Positions 30,244-43,035 are shown, counted from the stretch's first letter. The stretch is 58,954 nucleotides of DNA from an uncultured Truepera sp. (GCA_902806425.1 CADCWP010000001.1:510-59463), one strand, 5' to 3'. Notes: a model not told the origin generated them from the sequence alone. Numbers and translations: made by a program.

Positions 30244-31042
30244 GTGCACCTCCTAGCATAGGGTCGTAAATGGGCGCGCCCGCTATCGTCAGCACGCGCG
30301 GCCCCGCTTCGGTAATGGCGACGGTGTGCTCGAAGTGGGCCGCCCACGAGCCGTTTACCGTCGGTGCGGTCCAGCCGTCGCTCAAAATCTTGACGTCGGT
30401 TTTGGATTCGGTCACCATCGGTTCAATGGCTAGAACGAGTCCGGGGCGTAGCCGCGGCCCCGTTCCGGCGCGGCCGTAGTTCGGCACGTCCGGCGACTCG
30501 TGAAACGAGCTGCCGATGCCGTGGCCGACGAACTCGCGCACTACCCAAAAGCCTGCGGCTTCGGCGGTACGCTGAACTGCGGCGGCGACGTCACCCAATC
30601 GGTTACCGGGCTGTGCGGCCTCGATCCCAGCGTAGAGCGACCTTTCCGTCGCCTTGAGCAGGGCTTGAATACGGGGTGCTACGGAACCCACCGCGTAGGT
30701 TTTCGCCATGTCGGCAGCGTAGCCCTTGTAGAACAAACCGATGTCGACCGAAACGATGTCTCCACCCACCAAGGGTCTGCGATCCGGAAACCCGTGAACG
30801 ACGACCTCGTTGACCGACGTGCAGAGGGTTCCGGGAAAGGGGGCGATAGAAGCGCTTGACCCGCGGTAGCCCTTAAATGCAGGCCGAGCACCACGTGAGA
30901 CTATAGCATCTTCGGCGGCCTCGTCGAGTTCGGCGGTTGACACGCCCGGACGGACGAGTTTTTCAACAGCCTCGAGCGCCTCCCGGTTGATTTGAGCCGC
31001 TTCGACCATCGTGTCAATTTCACGCGCACGTTTTAAGATCAC
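30233..31042 (-). CDS. map: Methionine aminopeptidase type I
   Basis: [28 protein letters not shown]. Confidence 0.97.
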   Translation of the reverse strand: MILKRAREIDTMVEAAQINREALEAVEKLVRPGVSTAELDEAAEDAIVSRGARPAFKGYRGSSASIAPFPGTLCTSVNEVVVHGFPDRRPLVGGDIVSVDIGLFYKGYAADMAKTYAVGSVAPRIQALLKATERSLYAGIEAAQPGNRLGDVAAAVQRTAEAAGFWVVREFVGHGIGSSFHESPDVPNYGRAGTGPRLRPGLVLAIEPMVTESKTDVKILSDGWTAPTVNGSWAAHFEHTVAITEAGPRVLTIAGAPIYDPMLGGARGA

Positions 31043-31629
31043 AGCAGCACCTCGGAAACGCGGGCAAAGACCTCTTCGACCTTGCCGATGCCCCCGACGC
31101 GGCGGAGCTTGCCCCGGCCTTCGTAATAGGCGATGAGCGGCGCTGTCTGGTCGCTATAAACCTGCATCCGGGTGCGGACGGTCTCTTCGTCGTCATCGGT
31201 GCGCCCCTGCTCGTGGGCGCGCTTCACGATGCGGGCGACGAGTTCGTCAGCGCTGACCTCTATGAGCACGACCGCTGTGATCGCCGCGCCGAGTTCAGAG
31301 AGGAGCGCGTCGAGGGCTTCGGCCTGAACCACGGTCCTCGGGAAGCCGTCAAGCAGCACGCGAACCGTCGGCTGGCGAGAGAGTTCACCGCGTACCATCT
31401 CGATAATCAGCGCGTCTGAAACGAGTTCACCGGCGTCCATGACGGTTTTTGCCGCCTGACCGAGCGCCGTACCCTGCGCGACGTGGTCACGGAGCATGTC
31501 TCCAGTCGAGAGCTTTTTAAGGCGACGCGCCCGGGCGAGCTTCTCCGCCTGGGTACCCTTACCGGCCCCGGGCGGGCCGACGAGTAGGAGCACTTCAGAA
31601 GATAGCGGAGAAGGCGTCGAGGTGGTCAC
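31039..31629 (-). CDS. adk: Adenylate kinase (short, LID-less type)
   Basis: GPPGAGKGTQA, STGDMLR, LLDGFPRT, GRTDD. Confidence 0.96.
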   Translation of the reverse strand: MTTSTPSPLSSEVLLLVGPPGAGKGTQAEKLARARRLKKLSTGDMLRDHVAQGTALGQAAKTVMDAGELVSDALIIEMVRGELSRQPTVRVLLDGFPRTVVQAEALDALLSELGAAITAVVLIEVSADELVARIVKRAHEQGRTDDDEETVRTRMQVYSDQTAPLIAYYEGRGKLRRVGGIGKVEEVFARVSEVLL

Positions 31630-32942
31630 TAGAAGCGTCTCCCGCGCCCGCGGATTCGGCCCCGGCTGACGAAACCGTCATAGTGGCGCATCTTGAGCTG
31701 GGACTCGAGCTGCCGCAAAGTGTCCAGCGCAACGCCGACAACGATCAAAAGGCCGATCCCCGAGAAGACCAACGACAGCGTTCCCTGGCCGGTAATCCAA
31801 CCCAAAAGCTGCGGCAGCGCGTTGACCAAACCTAAAAAGAGCGCGCCCCAGAGGGTGATGCGGTTGGTGATACGCGTCAGGTGTTCAGTCGTTTGCTGCC
31901 CGGGCCGCACGCCGGGAACGAAGCCACCGTACTCACGCAGGTTTTCCGAAATGCGTTTGGGGTCAAACGAGATCTGGGTGTAGAAGTAGGTAAAAGCCAC
32001 GATGAGCAGCGTGCTGACGATCAGCCCCTGCCAGTTCGCCGGGTTAAACCACACGCCCGCCGCCTGCAACCAGACCACGTTGGGAAATGCCGCGATCAGG
32101 GTGCTCGGAATAACCAGCACCGACACCGCGAAAATGACCGGGATCACCCCAGCAGCGTTTAGACGCATTGGAATATAGGTACTCTGCCCGCCCATGACGC
32201 GCCGACCGACAACCTTGCGGGCGTACTGTACCGGAATCCGGCGCTCGGCCTGTTGGATAAGCACCATTCCGGCGATGGCAAACACAAGCAGCAGGAAGAA
32301 TATGATGAGGCCGAAGATGTTCGATTCACCGCTGCCTACCAGCGAGAGGCTCTGCGCGACTGCTTGCGGGTAAGCGCCGACGATCCCGGCGTAGATAATA
32401 AGCGAGATGCCGTTGCCGATCCCATATTCGGTAATCTTCTCGCCCAAATACATAACCACGGCGATCCCGGCGATCTGCGTGATCACGACCGTAAGCCAGA
32501 AAAAGGGACCGTTGCTCCAGCCGACCCGGAGCGCGTCGGTTGGCCCGATCAGCGCGGTTGCCAGAAACAGACCCTGAACCGCGCCCAGACCGATAGCGCC
32601 GTAGCGCGTGTACTGCGTGATGCGCCGCCGCCCCTCTTCGCCCTCTTTGGAGAGCTTTTCCAGCGGCGGGTAGACCGAGGTCAGCAGCTGGATAATGATG
32701 CTCGCCGTGATGTAGGGAATCACGCCGAGCGCGAACACCGAAAACTGCTCGATGTTGCCCCCGGAGATAAACCCCAATAGTTCGAATACGCCCCCCGACA
32801 ACTGACCCTGAAGCCGTTCAGCGTCTACCCCGGGCGTCGGGATAAAGACGCCCAAACGGTAGACGGACAGGAGCCCGATAACTACGAGCAGTTTGGCTCG
32901 CAGGTCGGGGATGCGAAAGGCGTTTCCGAAAGCGGAGAGCAT
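31629..32942 (-). CDS. secY: Preprotein translocase SecY
   Basis: FALGVIPYITASII, GIGNGISLII, AGVIPVIFA, VPGVRPG. Confidence 0.98.
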   Translation of the reverse strand: MLSAFGNAFRIPDLRAKLLVVIGLLSVYRLGVFIPTPGVDAERLQGQLSGGVFELLGFISGGNIEQFSVFALGVIPYITASIIIQLLTSVYPPLEKLSKEGEEGRRRITQYTRYGAIGLGAVQGLFLATALIGPTDALRVGWSNGPFFWLTVVITQIAGIAVVMYLGEKITEYGIGNGISLIIYAGIVGAYPQAVAQSLSLVGSGESNIFGLIIFFLLLVFAIAGMVLIQQAERRIPVQYARKVVGRRVMGGQSTYIPMRLNAAGVIPVIFAVSVLVIPSTLIAAFPNVVWLQAAGVWFNPANWQGLIVSTLLIVAFTYFYTQISFDPKRISENLREYGGFVPGVRPGQQTTEHLTRITNRITLWGALFLGLVNALPQLLGWITGQGTLSLVFSGIGLLIVVGVALDTLRQLESQLKMRHYDGFVSRGRIRGRGRRF

Positions 32943-33419
32943 CTACTGCGCCTCAGCCTGCGGCGGGGCGGCTTCGCTGACGTCGCCGACGACGGTGCCA
33001 CCCGCACCCTGCAAGGCCCGCACGGCGCTGCGGCTGTAGGCGTCGACCTCGACGATGAGGTTTTGAACCGAGAGTTCGCCGTTACCGAGAAGTTTGATGG
33101 GGCGATCTGCGTGACGGACGATGCCAACCGCGCGCAGGGTCTCGGCGTTGACCGTCGCGCCCGCCTCAAAGCTGCTCAGGTCCCCTAGGTTGACGATCTG
33201 ATAGTCGGTATTGTGGTGGACGAAGCCGCGCTTGGGCAGGCGCATGACTAGGCGTGAGCGCCCCCCTTCCCAACCTGCACCTTGTGAAAACCCGGAGCGG
33301 CTCGACTGGCCCTTCTGGCCGCGGCCCGCAGTTTTACCGTGGCCGCTACCTAAACCGCGCCCGACCCGGCGGCGATTTTTCTTCGCGCCCGGGGCGGGTT
33401 TTAAATCGTTAAGTTTCAT
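32943..33419 (-). CDS. rplO: 50S ribosomal protein L15
   Basis: RVGRG.GSGHGKTAGRGQKGQ, RLPKRGF; start ATG 33419. Confidence 0.97.
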   Translation of the reverse strand: MKLNDLKPAPGAKKNRRRVGRGLGSGHGKTAGRGQKGQSSRSGFSQGAGWEGGRSRLVMRLPKRGFVHHNTDYQIVNLGDLSSFEAGATVNAETLRAVGIVRHADRPIKLLGNGELSVQNLIVEVDAYSRSAVRALQGAGGTVVGDVSEAAPPQAEAQ

Positions 33420-33420
33420 C

Positions 33421-33588
33421 TCACCCTTCCACTTTGAACAGGTACGAGACCTTGTTAACCATTCCGCGCACGTCGGGCGTGTCCTTAAGGTCGCGGGTAT
33501 CGCCGGTCTTCTTGAACCCGAGCGCGCGTACCGTGGCCTTCTGATCTTCCTTGACACCGATCAGCGAGCGAACGAGCGTAACCTTCAC
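33421..33588 (-). CDS. rpmD: 50S ribosomal protein L30 (absent from ORF track)
   Basis: Translates [55 protein letters not shown]. Confidence 0.96.
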   Translation of the reverse strand: MKVTLVRSLIGVKEDQKATVRALGFKKTGDTRDLKDTPDVRGMVNKVSYLFKVEG

Positions 33589-34055
33589 CGGGCTACCAGC
33601 CGTTCCTGCTTCGACTCCTCAAAGGTCTTGAGCTGCTTGAGACCGTCGATGACGGCGTAGGCAACGTTGGTCTGGTTGCGCGAGCCGAGTTCTTTGGTAA
33701 GCAGGTTGCGAAAGCCTGCAAGTTCAACGATAGCGCGCGGTACGCTGCCCGCGATCACGCCGGTCCCGGCACCCGCTGGTTTAAGCATGACGCGGCTTGT
33801 GCCGTGCATCCCGGTAACTTCATGCGGGATGGTACCGGGCTCTTCGATGGGCACCTCGATGAGGTTGCGGCGCGCGACGTACTGACCCTTTTGAACGGCT
33901 ATCGGCACCTCTTTGGCTTTGCCTAGGCCAATGCCGACGCGGCCGTTACGGTCGCCGATAGCGACCATCGCGCCGAAGCGGAAGCGGCGACCGCCTTGGT
34001 AGGTTTTGGCGGTGCGGCGGATAAATATGACCTTGTCTTCAAACTCTTCAGCCAT
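33585..34055 (-). CDS. rpsE: 30S ribosomal protein S5
   Basis: [20 protein letters not shown]. Confidence 0.97.
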   Translation of the reverse strand: MAEEFEDKVIFIRRTAKTYQGGRRFRFGAMVAIGDRNGRVGIGLGKAKEVPIAVQKGQYVARRNLIEVPIEEPGTIPHEVTGMHGTSRVMLKPAGAGTGVIAGSVPRAIVELAGFRNLLTKELGSRNQTNVAYAVIDGLKQLKTFEESKQERLVAR

Positions 34056-34402
34056 CAGAACTCGAGCCCTCCTTCGCGGGCACCGTCAGCGAGTGCCTTG
34101 ATACGACCGTGGTAGCGGTACGCGCCCCGGTCAAAAACGACCTGTCTGGCCCCGGCCTGCGCGGCGCGCTCGGCGACGGCCTTGCCGACGGCGGTCGCCT
34201 GTTCGGTCTTGTTGCCCGTAAGCCCCAATGATTTGCTGTTGGCCTCAGCGACGGTATGCCCCTGAGTCGTGTCGATCACCTGGGCGTAGATGTGCTTGGC
34301 GCTGCGAAACACACTCAGCCGCAGCCGCTCAGAGGCGACCGGACGCTGAAGCTTGCGGCGCGTGCGGAAGCGGCGGCGCTCTTTGGTAAGTAACGTGTTC
34401 AT
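34055..34402 (-). CDS. rplR: 50S ribosomal protein L18
   Basis: [28 protein letters not shown]. Confidence 0.97.
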   Translation of the reverse strand: MNTLLTKERRRFRTRRKLQRPVASERLRLSVFRSAKHIYAQVIDTTQGHTVAEANSKSLGLTGNKTEQATAVGKAVAERAAQAGARQVVFDRGAYRYHGRIKALADGAREGGLEF

Positions 34403-34410
34403 AGGGTTCC

Positions 34411-34950
34411 TTAGCGGGCCGCGGCTTTGCCGGGTTTGAGGCGGACCTGCTCACCTTCGTAGCGGACACCTTTACCGTGGTACGAGTCGGGCGGGCGGAC
34501 TTCGCGGATGTTGGCGGCAACCTGACCGACGAGCTGCTTGTCGATGCCTGAGATCGTGATGCGGGTCGGTTCCGGCGCAACGATAGTGATACCTTCAGGC
34601 GGCTCGAAAACGACCGGGTGCGAAAAACCGAGTTGCAGCTCTAAGTTTTTGCCGCGCATGGCGCAGCGGTAGCCTACACCCTGGATCTGAAGGTTCCGCG
34701 AGTAGCCTTCGGTCACGCCCTGCACAGCGTTGTTGAGCAGGCTGCGGATAAGGCCGTGCTGGGCGCGGTCACGGGGCGCGTCACTGGGGCGCTCGAGCGT
34801 CAGCACATCGTCTTGTTGGTTGAGGGTCAAACGTGGGTTAAACGGCACCACGAGCTGACCCTTGGGGCCACGAACCGTGACCATCGTTTTCGTTGCGCTG
34901 ATCTCTACGCCCTTGGGAAGCGTGATAGGGGTACGTCCGATGCGGCTCAC
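34411..34950 (-). CDS. rplF: 50S ribosomal protein L6
   Basis: [26 protein letters not shown]. Confidence 0.97.
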   Translation of the reverse strand: MSRIGRTPITLPKGVEISATKTMVTVRGPKGQLVVPFNPRLTLNQQDDVLTLERPSDAPRDRAQHGLIRSLLNNAVQGVTEGYSRNLQIQGVGYRCAMRGKNLELQLGFSHPVVFEPPEGITIVAPEPTRITISGIDKQLVGQVAANIREVRPPDSYHGKGVRYEGEQVRLKPGKAAAR

Positions 34951-35345
34951 TACCAGACCTCGCAGATAACTTCGCCGCCGACGTTGTGGCGGCGCGCGTC
35001 GCGGTCGACGAGCAGGCCCTGCGGCGTCGAGATCACCGCGACACCGAGGCCACCGCGGACGACCGGAATATGGGTCGCCTTGGCGTACGCCCGCCGTCCC
35101 GGTTTGGAGACGCGCTTAATCTCATTAATAATCGACGAGCGGCGCGGGCCATATTTGAGGCCGATCCGGAGAACCGACTTGCCGCCAACTTTAGTCTGCT
35201 CGACCGATTTGAGGTAGCCCTCGCGTACGAGCACGTCGGCGAGCGACTTTTTAAACTTACTTGCGGGCACGTCGACCGTTGAGGCCACGATGGCCGCACC
35301 GTTTCTGATACGTGTCAGCATGTCAGCGATTGGATCCGTGTACAT
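34950..35345 (-). CDS. rpsH: 30S ribosomal protein S8
   Basis: DPIADMLTRIRN, SKPGRR.Y, GGEVIC. Confidence 0.97.
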   Translation of the reverse strand: MYTDPIADMLTRIRNGAAIVASTVDVPASKFKKSLADVLVREGYLKSVEQTKVGGKSVLRIGLKYGPRRSSIINEIKRVSKPGRRAYAKATHIPVVRGGLGVAVISTPQGLLVDRDARRHNVGGEVICEVW

Positions 35346-35416
35346 GTATCTCCTTCGCCGGGGTTGGTCTTAGCGCAAGCGCGCTAACCATCACCCCGCA
35401 AAAAGCCTTTTTGGGT

Positions 35417-35602
35417 TTACCAGCTCGCTTTGCGAACGCCGGGCAAAAACCCCTGGTTGGCAAGCTCGCGCATACAGATGCGGCAGAGGTTAAAGTCACG
35501 CAGATAGCTTCTCGACCGGCCACAGCGGGCGCAGCGGTTGACCTGACGGACCTCGAATTTGGGTGTCCGTTTGGATTTGGCGATGTGTGCTTTTGTAGCC
35601 AT
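35417..35602 (-). CDS. rpsZ: 30S ribosomal protein S14, type Z (zinc-binding)
   Basis: [23 protein letters not shown], 61 aa. Confidence 0.96.
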   Translation of the reverse strand: MATKAHIAKSKRTPKFEVRQVNRCARCGRSRSYLRDFNLCRICMRELANQGFLPGVRKASW

Positions 35603-35605
35603 AAC

Positions 35606-36157
35606 CTACTTCCTAAAGGGCATGCCGAGAAGCTCGAGCAGACTGCGCGCCTCTTCGTCGGTCTTTGCAGTCGTGACGATAGTAATGTCCATACCCCGGG
35701 TCGCGTCGACCTGGTCTATGGAAATTTCCGGGAAGACGAGCTGTTCCCGCAGCCCGAGCGTGTAGTTGCCGCGACCGTCAAAAGCGTTCGGGTTGACGCC
35801 GCGAAAGTCGCGGACACGCGGCAGGGCGATGTTAACGAGTTTTTCTAGAAAAACCCACATCCGCTGGCCGCGGAGCGTCACCTTGAGGCCGATGGGCATC
35901 CCAGCGCGCAACTTAAAGTTCGACACCGACTTTTTCGCTTTAGTCACAACCGGGCGCTGGAGCGCGATCTGCGAGAGCTCGCGCGAGGCGCGCTCAATCA
36001 CTTTCGAGTCGTCACGGGCTTCACCGAGGCCGATATTGATGACGATCTTCTCGAGCTTCGGTACCGCCATCACGTTCTGATAATTGTGGCGCTTCTGCAA
36101 CTCGCTGCGCGCCTCTGTATAGTAGCGCCCTTTAAGCGCCACCTCAACTTGACTCAT
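35606..36157 (-). CDS. rplE: 50S ribosomal protein L5
   Basis: [26 protein letters not shown]. Confidence 0.97.
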   Translation of the reverse strand: MSQVEVALKGRYYTEARSELQKRHNYQNVMAVPKLEKIVINIGLGEARDDSKVIERASRELSQIALQRPVVTKAKKSVSNFKLRAGMPIGLKVTLRGQRMWVFLEKLVNIALPRVRDFRGVNPNAFDGRGNYTLGLREQLVFPEISIDQVDATRGMDITIVTTAKTDEEARSLLELLGMPFRK

Positions 36158-36167
36158 GTACGCCTCC

Positions 36168-36500
36168 CTACTCGCCTAAACGTGCGCCGCTTTTGCGGCT
36201 TACACGCACCTTGCGGTCACCATCAAACGCTACCCCGATACGGGTCGGCGAGCCCGTCTTGGGGTCTAATAGCCGCACGTTTGAGGCGTGAATCGACGCT
36301 TCGCGCTCGTCAAAGCCCCCACGTGGATTTTCCTGGGTCGGTTTCCGCGTCTTTTTGGTTATGTTTACACCCTTGACGACGACGCGGTTTTTCTCAGGCA
36401 TGACGGCGATGACTTCGCCTTCGACGCCCCGGTTTTTGCCGGTTATAACCCGTACCCGGTCGCCGTTACGGAGGCGGATACGCGTACGTTCAGTAGCCAC
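36168..36500 (-). CDS. rplX: 50S ribosomal protein L24
   Basis: [13 protein letters not shown] motif, EASIHASNV. Confidence 0.96.
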   Translation of the reverse strand: MATERTRIRLRNGDRVRVITGKNRGVEGEVIAVMPEKNRVVVKGVNITKKTRKPTQENPRGGFDEREASIHASNVRLLDPKTGSPTRIGVAFDGDRKVRVSRKSGARLGE

Positions 36501-36516
36501 TAAAACACCCCAATCA

Positions 36517-36885
36517 TTAAAGTACTTCGGGCGCGAGCGAAACGATCCGCATAAAACGCCGTTCGCGTAGTTCGCGGGCGACCGGTCCGAAGACGCGGGT
36601 GCCGCGCGGCTCGTTCTGGTTGTTGATGAGTACGGCGGCGTTGGTGTCGAAGCGGATCGAGGAACCGTCCGCGCGGTTGATCTCTTTAGCGGTGCGAACG
36701 ATCACCGCTTTCACGACGTCACCTTTTTTAACCCCGGCGCGCGGGATGGCGTCTTTGACAGCGGCCACGATAATGTCACCGACCCCACCGACGAACTGCG
36801 TACCGGTGCCAAGCACGCGGATACACTGGATGCGCCGCGCGCCCGAGTTGTCGGCGACCTCTAAGTAAGACTCTTGCTGAATCAC
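36517..36885 (-). CDS. rplN: 50S ribosomal protein L14
   Basis: [26 protein letters not shown]. Confidence 0.98.
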   Translation of the reverse strand: MIQQESYLEVADNSGARRIQCIRVLGTGTQFVGGVGDIIVAAVKDAIPRAGVKKGDVVKAVIVRTAKEINRADGSSIRFDTNAAVLINNQNEPRGTRVFGPVARELRERRFMRIVSLAPEVL

Positions 36886-36887
36886 CC

Positions 36888-37133
36888 TTAACCCCTGGCT
36901 TTTTCTAAAAGGCGCGTCACCGCGAAGCGCTTGCGTTTGCTGATCGGGCGGCGCGTGATGATCTCGACCAAGTCACCCTCGTGGTATTCGTCTTTTTCGT
37001 CATGAGCGAGGTACTTTTTCGACACCGCCACAACCTTGCCGTAGAGCGGGTGCTTAAAGCGGCGCTCGACAAGAACCGTCACGGTCTTTTCAGCCTTATC
37101 GCTGACGACCCGCCCCTGAAGCGTCTTTTTCAT
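36888..37133 (-). CDS. rpsQ: 30S ribosomal protein S17
   Basis: GRVVSDK, HPLYGK, RPISKRK. Confidence 0.97.
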   Translation of the reverse strand: MKKTLQGRVVSDKAEKTVTVLVERRFKHPLYGKVVAVSKKYLAHDEKDEYHEGDLVEIITRRPISKRKRFAVTRLLEKARG

Positions 37134-37321
37134 TTCGTCCCTTTCTCGGCGGCAATGGTTAGTAGCTGCGCGATCTCGCGTTTGGCCGTGCGGATGCGGC
37201 GTGGATTCGTCGTCTGACCGACCGAGGCCTGAATGCGCAGGTCTAAAAGCTCTTTGCGGCGCTTGTCGACCTCGCTGTGGAGTTCGGCGACGCTTAAGTT
37301 ACGCACCTCACTGGGCTTCAT
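37130..37321 (-). CDS. rpmC: 50S ribosomal protein L29
   Basis: [20 protein letters not shown]; synteny. Confidence 0.95.
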   Translation of the reverse strand: MKPSEVRNLSVAELHSEVDKRRKELLDLRIQASVGQTTNPRRIRTAKREIAQLLTIAAEKGTK

Positions 37322-37733
37322 CGTAAACCTCGCGCTTAACCATCTTGGTTTTGATGGGAAGCTTGTGACCCGCCAAACGAAACGCCTCTTTAGCCTGCTC
37401 TTCGGTCACGTTGGCAACCTCGAAGATGATGCGGCCCGGCTTGACAACCGACACCCAGTATTCGACGGCCCCCTTGCCCTTACCCATGCGGGTCTCGGCG
37501 GGCTTTTTGGTCACCGGCTTGTCGGGGAAGATGCGGATATAGATCTTGCCGCCGCGGCGAAAAAAACGGCTCATGGTGATGCGGCACGCTTCGATCTGGT
37601 TTGACTTGATCCACGCGGGCTCGAGGGCTACCAAACCAAAATCACCGAAGGCCACATAATCGCCGCCTTTGGTGTCGCCGGTCATGCGCCCGCGCATCTG
37701 CTTGCGGTATTTGACCCTTTTAGGTAACAGCAT
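37308..37733 (-). CDS. rplP: 50S ribosomal protein L16
   Basis: [21 protein letters not shown]. Confidence 0.98.
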   Translation of the reverse strand: MLLPKRVKYRKQMRGRMTGDTKGGDYVAFGDFGLVALEPAWIKSNQIEACRITMSRFFRRGGKIYIRIFPDKPVTKKPAETRMGKGKGAVEYWVSVVKPGRIIFEVANVTEEQAKEAFRLAGHKLPIKTKMVKREVYDEAQ

Positions 37734-38548
37734 TACTTGCGCTCTTTCCTCTCAACCGGACGGCTGCGACCAGCGCCGGGCCCAGGCCGGTCTCCGGTAC
37801 CAGGGCGACCTGCGCCGGGACCCCCCTCGGGGCGGCGGCGGGCCTGCGGGCGGCGGCGACGGCGGTTTTTGTCCTCGTCCTGACGCGGGCGGGGCAGGTT
37901 GGCCGCGCGGCGCTGCTTGTCCCCGACGATCTCGCCGTGAAACACCCACGCTTTAACGCCGATGACGCCATAGGTCGTGCTGGCGCGCGCGGTACCGTAG
38001 TCGATGTCGGCGCGGAGCGTTTGCAGTGGCACGCGGCCATCCATGTACGACTCGGGACGGGCTTGCTCGGTACCACCCAAACGGCCTGAGCAGCGGATTT
38101 TAACGCCTTTGGCCCCCGACTCCATCGTGCGCTGAATCGCCTGCTTCATAGCGCGGCGAAAGGCGAAGCGGCGCTCGAGCTGCTCGGCGATCCTCTGCGC
38201 GATCAAGGCCCCGTTTGTGTTCGGGTTCGAGACCTCCTGAACGTTGACCGCGACGGTACCGTCGATAACGCCGTCGAGTTTTCCCCGCAACACTTTGATC
38301 GACTCGCCGCCACGCCCGATCACAACGCCGGGTTTAGCGGTGTGGATGGTGACATTGATGTTGTGTGCGGCGCGCTCGATGTCGATGCGGGCGACGCCCG
38401 AGTGACCGACGTCAGCTAGGACGGTTTTGCGGATGATGTCGTCTTCGGCCAACAGTTTCGGGTACGTTTTAGGGTTGGCGTACCACTTGGCCGAGGCCGT
38501 TTTGTTTACGCCCAAACGGAACCCGACCGGATTAATCTTATTCCCCAT
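37733..38548 (-). CDS. rpsC: 30S ribosomal protein S3 with Arg/Gly/Pro-rich C-terminal tail
   Basis: [32 protein letters not shown]. Confidence 0.98.
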   Translation of the reverse strand: MGNKINPVGFRLGVNKTASAKWYANPKTYPKLLAEDDIIRKTVLADVGHSGVARIDIERAAHNINVTIHTAKPGVVIGRGGESIKVLRGKLDGVIDGTVAVNVQEVSNPNTNGALIAQRIAEQLERRFAFRRAMKQAIQRTMESGAKGVKIRCSGRLGGTEQARPESYMDGRVPLQTLRADIDYGTARASTTYGVIGVKAWVFHGEIVGDKQRRAANLPRPRQDEDKNRRRRRPQARRRPEGGPGAGRPGTGDRPGPGAGRSRPVERKERK

Positions 38549-38881
38549 TCACTTTTCCTCCAAGATGATGGTGATATGGCTTGTACGTTTGCGCAGCAGG
38601 TCCGCGCGGCCACGGGCGCGCGGTAGATAGCGCTTAATCACCGGACCCTCGTCGACCATGATCTTAGAAACGACCAGGCTGTCCTCGAACATGTCGTGAT
38701 TGTTGACAGCGTTCGCTTTGGCGCTGCGAAGAAGTTTTAAAAGCGGCTGTGCGGAGCTGCGCGGGGTAAAGCGGAGGATGCTCTCGGCTTCGCCCACCCC
38801 TTTGCCACGGATTAAGTCGGCGACCAGGCGCGTCTTCTGCGGGGTCACGCGGAGCATGGTGAGGTGCGCTTTAGCCTCCAC
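38549..38881 (-). CDS. rplV: 50S ribosomal protein L22
   Basis: KTRLVADLIRG, SAKANA, PRARGRA. Confidence 0.97.
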   Translation of the reverse strand: MEAKAHLTMLRVTPQKTRLVADLIRGKGVGEAESILRFTPRSSAQPLLKLLRSAKANAVNNHDMFEDSLVVSKIMVDEGPVIKRYLPRARGRADLLRKRTSHITIILEEK

Positions 38882-39146
38882 TACTTGCGGTTCCCGGCGT
38901 GGATGCGAAAGGTGCGGGTCGGGGCGAACTCGCCGAGCTTGTGCCCGACCATGTTCTCCTGAACGAATACCGGTACATGCTGTTTGCCGTTATGCACGCC
39001 GATGGTGTGGCCGATCATCTCCGGCACCACCGTGCTGCGGCGGCTCCAGGTACGGATCACCCGGCGTTCATTCTTGTCGTTGGCCGCGTCGATCTTGTTT
39101 AGCAGGTGGTCGTCAATAAACGGCCCCTTTTTCATGCTGCGTCCCA

Positions 39147-39147
<1 letters not shown>
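38881..39147 (-). CDS. rpsS: 30S ribosomal protein S19
   Basis: [22 protein letters not shown]. Confidence 0.98.
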
Positions 39148-39983
<836 letters not shown>

Positions 39984-39991
39984 AAGGCTCC

Positions 39992-40279
39992 TTAGGTCAG
40001 CCCCTCGAGCTGCTGAATGCGTTGTCCGGCGCGCAGAGTCACGACCGCTTTTTTGCGTTGCGGGCGCACCCCACGAAAGCGGCCCATGGTCTTCTCCTTA
40101 CCGCGCACGTTGGCGAGGTTGAGCTTGACAACGTCGACCCCGAAGACCAACTCGACCGCGTCCTTAACCTGCGTGCGGTTGGCGCTCGGATGGACGTAAA
40201 AAACGTACTTGCTCGCCTCGACGCCGGTAAGTGCTTTTTCGCTTAAAACCGGGCGCAAGATGACGTCGTGCGGGTTCAT
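39992..40279 (-). CDS. rplW: 50S ribosomal protein L23
   Basis: PVLSEK, YVFYV, KKAVVTL; start ATG 40279. Confidence 0.96.
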   Translation of the reverse strand: MNPHDVILRPVLSEKALTGVEASKYVFYVHPSANRTQVKDAVELVFGVDVVKLNLANVRGKEKTMGRFRGVRPQRKKAVVTLRAGQRIQQLEGLT

Positions 40280-40878
40280 TCGGTCACCTCTTCGGCTTGC
40301 GCCTCGAAGATAGCAGCGTCGGCGACCACATGGTCGTAGCGCAAGATGTCGTAGACGTTGAGCCCACGACCCGGCAACACCCCGACCCACGGCAGGTTGC
40401 GGGCGGCGCGGCGCACCATCTCGTCGTCAGTAACGACCAAGACGCGCTCACCGCCGTTAAAGCCGTTGTCTTTAGCCCAGGAAACGAATTCTTTGGTTTT
40501 GCCGCCGATGCCGAACGATTCGACAAGCGTGAGTTTACTCGCGTTCGCGCGAGCGGCGAGAGCCATACCGAGACCCAAACGGCGAACACGTTTCGGCAGG
40601 CTGTAAGCGTAGTCGCGGGGGTGCGGGCCAAATGCGGTGCCGCCCCCGACAAAGATGGGGGCTTTGTACGAGCCGTGACGGGCACGCCCAGTACCCTTTT
40701 GCGGGTACATCTTGGCAGTTGTTCCCGAGACCGTGCCGCGCGTTTTGGTCGCCGCGGTACCGCGGCGGCGTTTTGAGAGCTGCCACGACACGACCTCGTG
40801 CAAAACGGCCTCTTTAGGCTCCGGCAGGTCGAGCGTCACCTTGCGCTCGCTGCCGATAACGTCGAGCGTAACGGCCAT
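40276..40878 (-). CDS. rplD: 50S ribosomal protein L4
   Basis: QKGTGRARHG, GGGTAFGP, AARNLP. Confidence 0.97.
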   Translation of the reverse strand: MAVTLDVIGSERKVTLDLPEPKEAVLHEVVSWQLSKRRRGTAATKTRGTVSGTTAKMYPQKGTGRARHGSYKAPIFVGGGTAFGPHPRDYAYSLPKRVRRLGLGMALAARANASKLTLVESFGIGGKTKEFVSWAKDNGFNGGERVLVVTDDEMVRRAARNLPWVGVLPGRGLNVYDILRYDHVVADAAIFEAQAEEVTE

Positions 40879-41498
40879 TACACCGCCCTCCTCTGCGAGT
40901 CTTTAACGACGATCAAGCCGCCGTTAGCACCGGGAATGGCCCCTTTAATCAGAAGCAGATTTTCGTCGGCGCGGATTTCTAAAAGCTCGAGCCCGACGGT
41001 CGTCACCCGTTCGCTGCCGTAGTGACCGGCCATCTTTTTGCCCTTATAGACGCGGCCCGGAAACTTGCGCTGACCGATGGAGCCGCCCGAACGGTGCTTT
41101 TTCTTGACCCCGTGCGACGCGGGTAGACCGGCGAAATTCCAACGCTTCATAACGCCGGTCATCCCGCGGCCTTTGGTTGTTCCGGTCACATCAACCTTTT
41201 GACCAGCTTCAAAAATGCCGACGCTGACGCTGCTCTCCTCGGGCGCGTAATCGCGGAATTCGAGCAGGTGCCGCTGCGCGCCTACACCCGCTTTTCTGGC
41301 GTGACCCAACTCGGGCTTGTTCGCCACCTTTTCACGCTTTTCCGTCCACCCGAGCTGTACGGCGCTGTAGCCGTCCGTCTCGGGTGTTTTGCGCTGCACC
41401 ACCGGGCAGGGACCCGCGAGCACGACGGTGACTGGAACCAGCCGGTCACCCTGCCATACCTGGGTCATCCCTACCTTGGTGCCTAGAATCCCTTTCAC
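40878..41498 (-). CDS. rplC: 50S ribosomal protein L3
   Basis: [30 protein letters not shown]. Confidence 0.97.
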   Translation of the reverse strand: MKGILGTKVGMTQVWQGDRLVPVTVVLAGPCPVVQRKTPETDGYSAVQLGWTEKREKVANKPELGHARKAGVGAQRHLLEFRDYAPEESSVSVGIFEAGQKVDVTGTTKGRGMTGVMKRWNFAGLPASHGVKKKHRSGGSIGQRKFPGRVYKGKKMAGHYGSERVTTVGLELLEIRADENLLLIKGAIPGANGGLIVVKDSQRRAV

Positions 41499-41818
41499 TA
41501 CCGGCCTCCGACCGTCTTGATCTCGATGTCAACCCCCGTCGGGAGGTCGAGGTGCATAAGGCTGTCGATGGTGCTCTTTGTCGGCGCTTTGATGTCGATC
41601 AGCCGGTTGTGGGTGCGAATCTCGAAGTGCTCGCGGGAGTCCTTGTGCTTGAAAGGACCGCGGAGCACAGCAAAACGCCGGATGCGGGTCGGCAACGGCA
41701 CGGGACCGGCGACTTTCGCCCCCGTGCGCTTGACCGTGTCGACGATTTTAGTCGCCGACGAGTCGAGGCTGCGGTGGTCAAAAGCCCGCAGCTTAATCCG
41801 GATACGGGGTGCGGCCAT
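41498..41818 (-). CDS. rpsJ: 30S ribosomal protein S10
   Basis: [22 protein letters not shown]. Confidence 0.98.
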   Translation of the reverse strand: MAAPRIRIKLRAFDHRSLDSSATKIVDTVKRTGAKVAGPVPLPTRIRRFAVLRGPFKHKDSREHFEIRTHNRLIDIKAPTKSTIDSLMHLDLPTGVDIEIKTVGGR

Positions 41819-43035
41819 TACTTGGTCACCTGAGTCACGACCCCAGCACCGACGGTTCTACCACCCTCACGAATCGCAAAGCGCAGACCCTCTTCCATAG
41901 CGATGGGCTTAATCAGCTCTACGTCCAACTCGATGTTGTCTCCCGGCATCACCATTTCGACCCCACCCGGCAACGTGCATACCCCTGTGACGTCGGTTGT
42001 GCGAAAGTAAAACTGTGGGCGGTAGCCCGTGAAAAACGCGCTGTGCCGTCCGCCCTCCTCTTTTTTCAAGATGTACACCGAGCCCTTAAAGCCCGTGTGC
42101 GGTGTTATGCTCCCCGGCTTTGACAGCACCTGTCCGCGCTCGATGTCGTCGCGCTGCACACCGCGCAGCAAGACCCCGACGTTATCTCCAGCAATCCCTG
42201 AGTCGAGCGTTTTGCGGTGCATCTCAACGCCGGTGACCACGCTTCTACGGTTCGGGTTCAGCCCGACGATCTCGATCTCTTCGCCTGTCTTGACCTGACC
42301 GCGTTCAACGCGGCCGGTCGCCACGGTGCCACGGCCCGTGATGGTGAAAACGTCTTCGACCGGCATCAAAAAGGGCTTGTCGATGTCGCGTTCGGGAGTC
42401 GGGATATACGAGTCCACCGCGTCTAGAAGTTCCCAGATATGGTCGACCCACTCGTTTTCACCGCGCTGGGTGTTCGGGTTGGCGGTCAGCGCCTCGAGTG
42501 CTCTTAGCGCCGAGCCCTTAACTACCGGGATATCGTCGCCTGGAAACTCGTTGTTCGACAGCAGTTCACGAACCTCCATCTCGACGAGTTCGATAAGCTC
42601 TTCGTCGTCGACCATGTCGGTTTTATTCATGAACACCACGATGTAAGGCACCCCGACCTGGCGCGCCAAGATGATGTGTTCGCGGGTCTGTGGCATCGGG
42701 CCATCGGCGGCTGATACCACCAAGATCGCTCCGTCCATCTGGGCGGCTCCTGTAATCATGTTCTTGACGTAGTCGGCGTGTCCCGGGCAGTCGACGTGGG
42801 AGTAGTGCCGCTCAGAGGTCTGGTACTCAACGTGGCTGGTATTGATGGTGATCCCGCGCGCCTTCTCTTCAGGCGCTTTGTCGATCATGTCGTACGAGAG
42901 CGTCTCTACCGTTGGGTCCGCTGCCGCTGCTGTAAACGTGATCGCTGCCGTTAAGGTCGTCTTCCCGTGGTCGACGTGTCCTACCGTCCCAATGTTGACG
43001 TGCGGTTTCGTTCTCGTAAATGTCGCTTTCGCCAT
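41818..43035 (-). CDS. tuf: Elongation factor Tu
   Basis: [44 protein letters not shown]. Confidence 0.99.
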   Translation of the reverse strand: MAKATFTRTKPHVNIGTVGHVDHGKTTLTAAITFTAAAADPTVETLSYDMIDKAPEEKARGITINTSHVEYQTSERHYSHVDCPGHADYVKNMITGAAQMDGAILVVSAADGPMPQTREHIILARQVGVPYIVVFMNKTDMVDDEELIELVEMEVRELLSNNEFPGDDIPVVKGSALRALEALTANPNTQRGENEWVDHIWELLDAVDSYIPTPERDIDKPFLMPVEDVFTITGRGTVATGRVERGQVKTGEEIEIVGLNPNRRSVVTGVEMHRKTLDSGIAGDNVGVLLRGVQRDDIERGQVLSKPGSITPHTGFKGSVYILKKEEGGRHSAFFTGYRPQFYFRTTDVTGVCTLPGGVEMVMPGDNIELDVELIKPIAMEEGLRFAIREGGRTVGAGVVTQVTK

